Source: the human T2T-CHM13v2.0 reference genome, Homo sapiens. Taken from it: a stretch of 64,000 nucleotides of DNA. The stretch is from NCBI RefSeq assembly GCF_009914755.1, contig NC_060940.1, one strand, 5' to 3'. This document shows positions 44,901 through 58,029 of the stretch, one piece after another (positions within the stretch are counted from its first letter, which is position 1; each line of letters opens with the position of its first letter). Below the pieces are notes generated by a model, which was given only the letters and a program-made list of their open reading frames with translations, ran no database searches and was not told where the DNA came from. Both the position numbers and the translations under genes were made by a program.

Positions 44901-46096
44901 TCGATGATTCCACTCGATTCCATTCAGTGATGATTCCATTTGATTCCATCTGATGATGATTTCATTTGATTCCATTCGATGATGATTCCATTGGAGTCCA
45001 TTGAATGATTCAATTCAATTCCATTCCATGTGGATTCCATTCGAATTCATTCGATTATTCCATTCAAATCCCTTCGTTGATTCCATCTGATTCCACTTGA
45101 CGATGATTCCATTCAAGTCCAATCGATGATTCCATTCGGTTCCATTCAGTGATTCCATTCGAGTCCATTTATGTATTATATTCGTGTCCACTTGATGACT
45201 CACTCCATTCAATTCCATTTAATGATGATTCCATTTGATTCCATTTGATGATTCAGTTCGATTCCTTACAATGATTCCCTACGATTCCTTTCTATGATGA
45301 TTCCATTCGATTCCATTCATTGATGATTCCATTCGACTCCATTCGATGATGATTCCTTTCGATTCCATTTGACGATGTTTCCATTTGAGTCCATTCGATG
45401 ATGATTCAATTCAGTTCTGTTCTATTATGAATCCATTCGATTTCATTCAATGCTTCTATTTGATTCCATTCGACGATGATTCCATCTCTTTCCCTTCGAT
45501 GTTTCCATTTGATTCCATTCAGTGATGATTCCATTTGATTCCATCTGATGATGATTTCACTTGATTCATTTCAATGATGATTCCATTCAAGTCCATTCGA
45601 TGATTCCATTGGAGTCCAAACGATCATTCCATTCGATTCCATTCAATGATGATTCCATTCATGTCCATTCAATGAATCCTTTCAATTCCATTCGATGATG
45701 ACTCCATTCGAGTACATTCGATGATTCCATTTGATTCCATTTGATGATGATTACATTCAATTCCATTCGAAGATGATTCCATTCAATTCCACTTGATGAT
45801 GATTCCGTATGAATCCATTCGCTGATTATTCCATTCGATTCCATTCATTGACGATTCCATTCGATTCCATTCAATGATGATGCTCTTCTATTCCATTCGA
45901 TGATTCCGGTCGATTCCATTCGATGATGATTCCATTAGATTCCATTCGATTGTTGCATTCGATTCCCTTCGATGATGATTCCTTTGAATTCCATTCGATT
46001 ATGATTCCGTATGAATCCATTTGATGATTATTCCATTGGATTCCTTTCGATGATGATTCCATTCGATTCCATTTGATGATGTTTCTCATGTATTCC
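35917..46096 (+). repeat. Higher-order unit U4 (10,180 bp, mosaic containing a 6,112-bp-period tract)
   Basis: 36443>46623 = 10180, which equals 11824+5-23-758-2013+23-105-2836-23+4086 from landmark offsets. Confidence 0.88.
37980..44920 (+). repeat. Embedded tract of a shorter 6,112-bp HSat2 unit (~1.1 copies)
   Basis: ORF starts 37980>44092 and 38540>44652 differ by 6112. The private words ATTAAAATCGAATCC (~38410, ~44522) and CCATTTCATTATT (~38641, ~44753) were seen only at this spacing. The left boundary is approximate. Confidence 0.82.
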
Positions 46097-49000
46097 ATTT
46101 GATAATTCCTTTCAATTCTCTTCGATGATGATTCTTTCGAGTCAATTCGATGATTCTATTCCATTCCCTTCGATGATGATTCCATTTCACTCCATTCGAT
46201 GATTCCATTCGATTCAATTTGGTGATGATTCAATTCGATGACATTCGATGACTCCATTCAATTTCATTTGATGATGATTACATTCGAGTCCATTTGATGA
46301 TTGTATTCCTTTCCTTTTGATGATTATTCCATTCGTGTCTATTCAAAGATTCCATTCTATTCCATTCAATGATGATTCCAATTGATTCCATTCAATGATT
46401 ATGGCTATCGATTCCACTCGTTGATTCCATTTGATTCCATTCGATGATTATTCCGTTAGATTCCATTAGGAGATTCCATTCGATTTTATTCAATGATTCC
46501 AATTGATTCCATTCAATGATGATTCCATTCGACTCCATTCAGTGATTCCATTTGAGTCCATTTGATGATTCCATTCGAGTCCATTTGATGATTCCATTCT
46601 TTTCCATTTGATGATGATTCCATTAGGGTCCATTCAATGATTCCATTCGAGTCCATTCGTTAATGCCTTTCGAGTCCTTTTGATCACTACATTCGAGTCC
46701 ATTCAATGATTCTATTCGATTCCATTCCATGATGATTCCATTCGAGTTCATTCGATGATTGCATTCGAGTCCATTTGATGATTCCATAAGATTCCATTCG
46801 ACAATGATTCCATTCGTGTCCATTTGATGATTCCATTCATTTCCTATCGATGAAGATTCCATTCGAGTGTATTCGATGATTCCATTCAAATCCATTCGAT
46901 GATGATTCCATTCCAGTCCATTCGATCATTCCACTTGATTCCATTTGATGACTATTCCATTCAAATCCATTTGATGATTCCATTCGATTCCATTCGATGT
47001 TACCATTCCAGTATATACGATGATTCCACTCGATTCCATTTGATGATTATTCCATTGGAGTCGACTTAGTGAATCCTTTAGATTCTACTCGAAGATGATT
47101 CCATTCGAGTCCATTCGATGATACCATTCAATTCCATTCGTTGATGCTTCCATTCAAGTGCATTCGATGATATCATTCGATTCCATTTGATGATAATTCC
47201 ATTTGATTCCATGTGATGATTCTATTCCATTCCATTCAATGATAATTCCATTCAATTCAGTGATTCCTCTGGACTCCATTTGATGATGATTCCATTCAAT
47301 GATTCCATTCGATTCTATTCGAAAATGATTCCATTTGAATCCATTTGATGATGATTCCATTCGATTCCATTTGATGATTCCATTCGATTCCATTCGACGA
47401 TGATTCCATTCGATTCCATTTGATGATTCCATTCTATTCTATTCGATGATGATTCCATTCGATTCCATTCGATGATGATTGGATTCGATTCCATTTGATG
47501 ATTTCATTTGATTCCATTCGATGATGATTTCGATCAATTCCATTCGATGATTCCATTCGATTCCATTTGATAATGATTACATCCGAGTCCATTCGATGAT
47601 TCCATTTGAGCCCGTTCGATAATTCCATTTGAGTCCAATCAATGATTCCATTCATTTCCATTCAATGATTCCATTCGAGTCCATTTGATCATTCCGGTAG
47701 GGTCCGTTCGATGTTGATTCCATTGGAGTGCATTCGATGATTCCATTCGAGTCCATTTTAGGATTTGATTCGAGTCCTTTCGATGATTCCATTCGATTCC
47801 ACTCGATGCGATGATGATTTCATTCGAGTCCATTCGACACTTCCAATCGATTCCATTTGATGTTTCCATTCGAGTCCAATTGATGATTCCATTCAATTCC
47901 ATTCGATGATGATTCCGTACGATTCCATTCTGTGATGATTCCATGTGATTGCATTCAATGATGATTCCTTTCGATTGCATTCGATTATGATTCATTTCGT
48001 GTTCATTCTATGGTTCCACAGGTTTCACATCGTGTCCATTCCATTATTCCATTCTATTCCATTTGATGATGATTCCATTCGATTCCATTCATTGGTGATT
48101 CCACTCAATTCCATTCAATGATTCCATTCCATTTCTTTCAACAATGATTCCATTAGTTTCTAATCGATGATCCACTTGATTCCATTTGACGATGATTCCA
48201 TTCTTGTCCATTCGATGATTCCATTTGATTCCATATGATGATGATTCCATTCGATTCCATACGATGATGATTCCATTCGAGTCCATTCAATGGTGATTCC
48301 ATTCAATTCCATTCGATGATTCCTTTCGATTCCATTTGATGATGATGGCATTCGATTCCTTTCAATCATTCCCTTTGATTCCACTCAAAGGTGATTTCAT
48401 TCAAGTCCATTCGATAATTGCATTCGATTCCATTCTATGATGATTCCATTCGAGTCCATTTGATGATTCCATTCAATTCAAGTCAATGATGATTCCATTC
48501 GATTCCATTCGATGATTCCATTGGATTCCATTCGATGATGATTCCATTCAAATCCATTCGATAATTCAATTCACGTCCATTCGATGATGATTCCAATCGA
48601 ATCCATTCAAAGATTCCATTCAATTTCATTCGATGATTCCCTTAGATTCCATTCGATGATTCCACTTGATTCCATTTACGATGATTCCATTCGATTCCAT
48701 GTGATGATTCCATTCAATTCTATTCAATGATGTTTCCATTTGATTCCATTCGACCATGATTGCCTTTGATTCCATTCAATGATTCCATTCGGTTCCGTTT
48801 GATGATGATTCCGTTCGATTCCATTTGATGATTCCATTTGATTCCATTGGATGAGTCCATTCGATTACATTCGATGATTATTCCATTCGAGTGCATTAGA
48901 TGATTCCATTCGAGTCCATTCGATGATTCCATTCGAGTCCATTCGATGATTCCATTCGATTCCATTCGATGTTGATTCTGTTCAAATCCATTCGATGATT

Positions 49001-52000
49001 CCACTCGATTCCATTCGATGACTCCATTTGATCCCATTCGATGATTTCCTTTGATTCCCTTTGATGATCATTCCATTTGATTCAATTCGGTGATTTCATT
49101 GGATTCCATTCAGTGATGTTTCCATTCGACTCCATTCGATGATGATTCCATTCGACTACATTCGATTATGATTTCATTCAATTCCATTCGATAAAGATTC
49201 CCTTCGAGTCCAATCGATGATTCCATTCGATTCCATTCAACGATGATTTGATTCGTGTCCATTCGATGATTCCATTTGATTCCACTTGATGAGGATTCCA
49301 TTCGAGTCCATTTGATGATTCCATTCAATTCCATTCTCCGATGATTTCTTTTGAGCCCATTCAATGCTTCCACTCGATTCCATATGATGATGACTCCATT
49401 CGATGACACTCGATGATGATTCCATTCGCTTGCATTCGATGATGATTCCACTTGAGTCCGTTAGAAGATTCTATTCAATTACATTCCATGACGATTCCGT
49501 TCGAGTCCATTTGATGATTCCATTAGACTCCATTCCACGATGATTCCATTCGATGTTATTCGATGATTCCATTCGATCTCATTCGTTGATGATTCCATTC
49601 AACTCCATTCGATGTTTCCATTCGAGTTCATTCTATTATTCCATTAGATTCCATTCGATGATGATTCCATTCGATTCCATTTGATGATTGCATTCTATTT
49701 CATTTGATGAGGATTCCATTCGAGTCCACTCGATGATTCCATTCGAGTCCATTTAATGAATCCATTGGTTTCAATTCTATGATGATTACATTGGATTCCA
49801 TTCGTTGATGATTTCATTCGGTTCCATTCAATGATGATTCCATTCAATTCCTTTCAATGTTTCCATTCAATTCCATACGATGATGATTCCATTTGATTTG
49901 ATTCGACAGTGAGCCATTCGATTCAATTCCATGATGATTCTATTTGATTCACTTGGTTGACATTTCCATTCGATTCCATTCGATGATGATTCCATTTGAT
50001 TCCATTCAAAGATGATTCCATTCTAGCCCATTCAATCATTCCATTCGATTCTATTCAATGATGATTCCATTCATGTCGATTTGGTGATTCAATTTGACTT
50101 CATTTGATGATGATTCCTTTCAAGTTCATTAGATGATTCCATTCGATTCCATTTGATGATGATCCCATTCGAGTCCATTCAGTGATTCCACTCGTTTCCA
50201 TTCCATGATGATTCCATTCCATTCCATTCAATGATTCCATTCGATTCCGTTTGATGATGATTTCATTCGAGTCCATTTGATGATTCCATTTGATTCCATT
50301 CGATGATGATTCCATTCGAGTCCATTCGATGATTCTATTCGAATCCATTTGATGATTTCTTTTGATTATATTTGGTGATGATTCCATTGGAGTCCATTCA
50401 ATGATTCCATTCGATTCCAATCGATGATGATTCCATTAGAGTCCATTTAATGATTCCATTTGATTCCAGTCTCTGATGTTTACATTCGAGTCCATACGAT
50501 GATTCCACTCAATTCCATATGATGATGATTCCATTCGATTCCATTCGATGATTCCATTCTATTCTATTCAATGGTGATTCCATTCGAGTACATTAGATGA
50601 TTCCATTCGATTCCATTCAATGATGATTCTATTTGTGTCCCTTAGATGATTCCACATGATTCCATTAGATGATGATACTATTTGAGCCCATCCAATGATT
50701 CCCTTCGATTCCATTCGATGAGGATTCCATTCGATTCAATTCATTGGTGATTCTATTCAATTCAATTCTTTGATTCAATTCCATTCCATTCGACAATGAT
50801 TCCATTCGATTTCTTTCGATGATTCCACTCAATTTCACTTGACATTGATTCCATTCGATTCCATTCAATGATTCCATTTGATTCCAGTGGATGATGATTG
50901 CCGTCGATTCCATTCGATCACTCCATTCTGTTCCATTTGATGATGATTACATTCGATTCCATTTGATGATTCCATCTGACTCTATTCGAGGATTCCATTT
51001 GATTCCATTCGATGATGATTCCATTCGAGTCCATTCGATGATTTCATTCGAGTACATCCAATGATTCCATTCGAGTCCATTTGATGATTCCATTTCATTC
51101 CATTTGATTATGATTCTACTAGAGTCCATTCAATGACTCCATTCGAGTCCATTCAACAGTTCCATCCGAGTCCATTCGATGATTCCATTCGATTCCATTT
51201 GATGATTCCATTTGAGTCCATTTAATCATTACAGTCGAGTCCATTTGGTGATTCCACTGGATTTCTTTTGATAATGATACCATTCAATTACATTTGATGA
51301 TGATCCCATTCAATTTCATTTGATGATGATTCCATTAGAGTCCATTCCATGATTTCACTCGAGTCCCTTCATTGATTCCATCCGATTTCATTTCATGATG
51401 ACTCCATTCGAGTCCATTCGATGATTCCACTCGATTCCATTAGATGATTCCATTGGAGTCCATTTGATTGTTCCATTCGATTCCATTCGATTCCTTTCGA
51501 AGATTATTCCATTTGAGTCCATTCGATGATGATTCCATTCCATTCCATTCGATGATTCCGTTTGATTCCATTCGATGATTCCCTGCGATTCCTTTCTATG
51601 ATGATTCCATTCCATTCCATTCAATGATTCCATTCGAATCTATTCCATGATGATTCCTTTCGATTCCATTCGCTGATGTTTCCGTTCAATTCCATTCGAT
51701 GATGATTCCATTCGATTCCATTCATTGAGGATTCCATTGGATTCCATTCAATGATGATTCCATTCTATTCCATTCAATGATTGCATTCAATTCCATTCAA
51801 TGATTATGCCATTAGAGTAAATTCAACGATTCCATTCAATACCATTCGATGATGATTCCTTTTGAGTCCATTCAATGATTTCATTCAAGTCCATTTGATG
51901 ATTCCTTTCAATTCCATTCCATGATGATTCCATTCGAGTCCATTCGATGATTCCATTCGATTGCATTCGATGATTCCATTATATTCCATTCAACGATGAT

Positions 52001-55000
52001 TCCATTCGAGTCCATTCGATGATTCCATTAGAGTACATATAATGATTGCTTTGTTTTCAATTCGAAGATGATTACATTGGATTCCATTCTATGATTCCAT
52101 TCGATTCCATTCATTGATGATTCCACCCGATTCCATTCGATGATGATTCCACTCAAATCCATTGGATGATTCCATTCGTTTCCAATTGGTGATTTCATTA
52201 GATTCCATTCGAGGATGATTCTATTCGAGTCCATTCAATGATTCCATTGGATTCCGTTTGATAATGATTCCATTAGAGTTCATTCGATGATTCCCTTCGA
52301 GTCCATTCGATTATTTCTTTTGATTCCATTTGATGATGATTCCATTCGATTCCATTCAATGATTCCATTCCATTCCATTCGATGATGATTCCATTCGATA
52401 ATGATTACATTCGAGCCCATGTGATGATTCCATTAGATTCTATTCAATGATGATTCCATTCGACCACATTCGATGATGGCATTCGAGTCCATTCGATGAT
52501 TTCACTCGATTCCACTTGATGATGATTCCTTTTGAGTCCATTTGATGATTACATTCGAGTCCATGAGATGACTCCATTCGATTCCATTTCATGATGATGC
52601 AATTCGAGGCTATTCGATCATCCCATTTTAGTGCATTCGGTGATTCTCTTTTATTACATTCGATGAGGGCTCCATTCGAGTCCATTCAATGATTCCATTA
52701 GATTCCACTCGATGATGATTCCATTTGAGTCCATTCAAAGATTCCTTTCGAGTCCATTCGATAATTCTATTGGATTCCACTAGGTGATGATTCCTTTCGA
52801 GTCAATTCGATGATTCCTTTCAAGTGCCTTCAATGATTCCATTCGATTCCATTCGATGACGATTCATTTCAAGTCCATTCAATGGTTCCATTCTGTTGAA
52901 TTTGATGGTTCCATTTGATTCCATTCGATGATGATTCCATTCGTGTCCATTGGATGATTCCATTCGATTCCTTTCGAGGAAGATTCCATTCGACTCCATT
53001 CGATGATTCCGTTCGATTCCATTCCATGATGATTCCATTTGATTCCATTCCATGATTCCATTCGATACCATTCGATGATGATTCCATTCGACTCCATTTG
53101 ATGAATCCATTCAATGCTTCCATTCGAGTCCATTCGATGATTCCATTCGATTCCATTCCATGAAGATTCCATTCGAGTACATTTGATGATTCCATTTAAT
53201 TCCATAGGATGATGATTCTATTAGGGTCCGTTGACTATTCCATTCAATTCCATTCGAAGATTCCATTCGAGTCCACTCGATGATTCTATTTGATTCCATT
53301 TGATAATTCCATTCGATTCCATTTGATGTTGATTCCATTCGAGTCCATTCGATCATTATTACATTTGATTCTATTCGATGATTCCATTCGATTCCATTTG
53401 ATGAGGATTCCATTCGAGACCATTTGATGATTCCATTCAATTCCATTGGATGATTCCAATATTTTCCATTAGATGATGATTCCATTCGATTCCATTCAAT
53501 GATGATTCCATCAGAATCCATTCGATGATGACTCCTTTTGCTTCCATTCAATGATCATTACATTCGGTTCCATTCGATGATGATTCCTTTGGATTCCATT
53601 CGATGATGCTTCCATTCGATTCCATTTGATGATGATTCTTTTCGATTCCATTTGATGATGATTCCATTTGATTCCATTCGATGGTGATTCCATTTGATGA
53701 TTCCATTCGATTGTATTCGATGATGATTCCACTCGATTCTATTTGATGATGACTGCATTCGATTCCATTTGATGATTCCATTTGATTCCATTCGATGATG
53801 ATTCTGATCAATTGCATTCGATGATCCATTCGATTCCATTTGATGGTTCCATTTGATTCCATTTGATAATGATTCCTTTCGAGTCCATTCGATGATTCCA
53901 TTTGCGGATATTCGATAATTCCATTTGAGTCCAACCGATGATTCCATTCGAGGCCATTCAATCATTCTTTTTGAGTCCTTTCGATAAAGATTCCATTTTA
54001 GTCCATTCAATAATTCCACTGGAGTCCATTCGATGATTGCTTTTAATTCCATTCGATGATATTCCATTCGAGTCCATTCGATGATTCCATTCGTTGCTAT
54101 TAGATGATGATTCCATTCATGACCATTTGGTGATTCCATTCGATTTCATTCGTTGATGATTCCATTCGAGTCCATTCCATGATTCCATTCAAGTCCATTT
54201 GATGATTTCTTTGAATTCAATTCGATGATGATTCCATTCGAGTCCATTCGATGATTCCATTCAGTTCCATTCGATGATGATTCCTTTCGAGACCATATGA
54301 TGATTCCATTTGATTTCATTCGATGATGATTCCATTCGATTCCATTCGATGATTCCATTCTATTCCATTCGATGATGATTCCATTCGAGTCCATTTAATG
54401 ATTCCATTGGGTTCAATTCAATGATGATTACATTGGATTCTCTTCTATGATACCATTCAATTCCGTTCATTGACAATTTGATTCCATTCGATGATGATTC
54501 CATTTGAGTTCATTCGATGATTCTATTCGATTCTCTTCGATGGTGATTCAATTCTATTATATTGGATGATTCCATTCGATTCCATTTGATGTTGATTCAA
54601 TTCGATTCTATTCGATGATGATTCCATTGGATTTCATTTGATGATTCTATTCGATTCCATTCAATGATGATTCACTTCTCGTCCATTGGATGATTCCATT
54701 TCATTCCATTCGATGATGATTCCATTCGATTCCATTCGATGATTCCATTTGATTCCATTCGACGGTGAGCAATTCGATTCAATTCCATGATGATTCTATT
54801 TGATTCAGTTAGATGATGTTTCCATTCGAATCCATTCCATGATTATTCCATTGGAATCCATTCGGCGATGATTCCATATGAGTCAATTCAATGATGCTTC
54901 CATATGGGTCAGTTCGATGATAATTCCATTTGATTTCATTCGATGCTTCTATTCAATTCCAGTCGATGATGATTCCGTTGGAGTCCATACGATGACTCCA

Positions 55001-58000
55001 TTTGATTTCATTTGATGATGATTCCATTCGATTCCATTCGATGACTCCATTCTGTTCCATTCGATGATGATTCCATTCGAGTCCATTCGATGATTCCATT
55101 CGAGTCCATTTCATGATTCCATTGGGTTCAATTCGATGATGATTACACTGGATTCCATTCTATGATTCCATTCAATTCCATTCGTTGATGATTCGATTCC
55201 ATTCAATGATGATTCCATTTGAGTTCATTCGATGATTCTATTCGATTCCGTTCGATGGTGATTCAATTCTATTATATTGGATGATTCCATTCGATTCCAT
55301 TTGATGATGATTCCATTCGATTCCATTCGATGATGATTCCATTTGATTCCATTTGATGTTGATTCTATTCGATTCTATTCAATGATGATTCCATTCGATT
55401 TCATTTGATGATTCTATTCGATTCCTTTCGATGATTCTATTCCATTCCATTCGATGATGATTCAATTCTCTTCCATTGGATGATTCCATTTTATTCCATT
55501 CGACGATGACTCCATTTGATTCCATTCAATGATGATTCCATTCGATTCCATTCGGTGATTCCATTTGATTCCATTCGACGGTGAGCAATTTGATTCAATT
55601 CCATAATGATTCTATTTGATTCAATTAGATGATGTTTCCATTCGAATCCATTCGGTGATGATTCCATTGGTATCCATTCGACGATGATTCCATATGAGTC
55701 AATTCGATGATGATTCCATACGAGTCCGTTGGATGATAATTCCATTTGATTTCATTCAATCCTTCTATTCGATTCCATTTGATGATGATTCCATCTGAAT
55801 CCATTCTCCGATTCCATTCGATTTCATTCGATGCTTCTATTTGATTTCATTCGAAGATGATTCCTTTCAATTCCGTTCATTAATTCCATTTGATTCCATT
55901 CGATGATGATTCCATCCGATTCCATTGGATGATGATTCCATTCGAGTCCATTCGATGATTCCGTTCTAATCCATTCTATGATTCCATTTGAGTCCATTCG
56001 ATGATTCCATTCGATTCCATTCAGTGATGATTCCATTTGATTCCATCTGATGATGATTTCATTTGATTCCATTCGATGATGATTCCATTGGAGTCCATTG
56101 AATGATTCAATTCAATTCCATTCCATGTGGATTCCATTCGAATTCATTCGATTATTCCCTTCAAATACCTTCGTTGATTCCATCTGATTCCACTTGACGA
56201 TGATTCCATTCAAGTCCAATCGATGATTCCATTCGGTTCCATTCAATGATTCCATTCGAGTCCATTTATGTATTATATTCGTGTCCACTTGATGACTCCA
56301 TTCAATTCCATTTAATGATGATTCCATTTGATTCCATTTGATGATTCAGTTCGATTCCTTACAATGATTCCCTACGATTCCTTTCTATGATGATTCCATT
56401 CGATTCCATTCATTGATGATTCCATTCGACTCCATTCGATGATGATTCCTTTCGATTCCATTTGACGATGTTTCCATTTGAGTCCATTCGATGATGATTC
56501 CATTGGTATCCATTCGACGATGATTCCATATGAGTCAATTCGATGATGATTCCATACGAGTCCGTTGGATGATAATTCCATTTGATTTCATTCAATCCTT
56601 CTATTCGATTCCATTTGATGATGATTCCATCTGAATCCATTCTCCGATTCCATTCGATTTCATTCGATGCTTCTATTTGATTTCATTCGAAGATGATTCC
56701 TTTCAATTCCATTCATTAATTCCATTTGATTCCATTCGATGATGATTCCATCCGATTCCATTGGATGATGATTCCATTCGAGTCCATTCGATGATTCCGT
56801 TCTAATCCATTCTATGATTCCATTCGAGTCCATTCGATGATTCCATTCGATTCCATTCAGTGATGATTCCATTTGATTCCATCTGATGATGATTTCATTT
56901 GATTCCATTCGATGATGATTCCATTGGAGTCCATTGAATGATTCAATTCAATTCCATTCCATGTGGATTCCATTCGAATTCATTCGATTATTCCATTCAA
57001 ATCCCTTCGTTGATTCCATCTGATTCCACTTGACGATGATTCCATTCAAGTCCAATCGATGATTCCATTCGGTTCCATTCAATGATTCCATTCGAGTCCA
57101 TTTATGTATTATATTCGTGTCCACCTGATGACTCACTCCATTCAATTCCATTTAATGATGATTCCATTTGATTCCATTTGATGATTCAGTTCGATTCCTT
57201 ACAATGATTCCCTACGATTCATTTCTATGATGATTCCATTCGATTCCATTCATTGATGATTCCATTCGACTCCATTCGATGATGATTCCTTTCGATTCCA
57301 TTTGACGATGTTTCCATTTGAGTCCATTCGATGATGATTCAATTCAGTTCTGTTCTATTGTGAATCCATTCGATTTCATTCAATGCTTCTATTTGATTCC
57401 ATTCGACGATGATTCCATCTCTTTCCCTTCGATGATTCCATTTGATTCCATTCAGTGATGATTCCATTTGATTCCATCTGATGATGATTTCACTTGATTC
57501 ATTTCAATGATGATTCCATTCAAGTCCATTCGATGATTCCATTGGAGTCCAAACGATCATTCCATTCGATTCCATTCAATGATGATTCCATTCATGTCCA
57601 TTCAATGATTCCTTTCAATTCCATTCGATGATGACTCCATTCGAGTACATTCGATGATTCCATTTGATTCCATTTGATGATGATTACATTCAATTCCATT
57701 CGAAGATGATTCCATTCAATTCCACTTGATGATGATTCCGTATGAATCCATTCGCTGATTATTCCATTCGATTCCATTCATTGACGATTCCATTCGATTC
57801 CATTCAATGATGATTCTCTTCTATTGCATTCGATGATTCCGTTCGATTCCATTCGATGATGATTCCATTAGATTCCATTCGATTGTTGCATTCGATTCCC
57901 TTCGATGATGATTCCTTTGAATTCCATTCGATTATGATTCCGTATGAATCCATTTGATGATTATTCCATTGGATTCCTTTCGATGATGATTCCATTCGAT

Positions 58001-58029
58001 TCCATTTGATGATGTTTCTCATGTATTCC
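46097..58029 (+). repeat. Higher-order unit U5 (11,933 bp = 11,824 + 5 - 732 + 836)
   Basis: 46623>58556 = 11933. The offset to U2 falls from 34673 (51388/16715) to 33941 (52440/18499). The duplication offset is 836 (55824/56660). Confidence 0.92.
55662..57337 (+). repeat. 836+840-bp internal tandem duplication in U5 (55662-56497 / 56498-57337)
   Basis: TTCCATTGGTATCC occurs at 55662 and 56498. The first copy lacks 4 bp (GATGACTCCATT at ~56291 vs GATGACTCACTCCATT). Confidence 0.93.
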
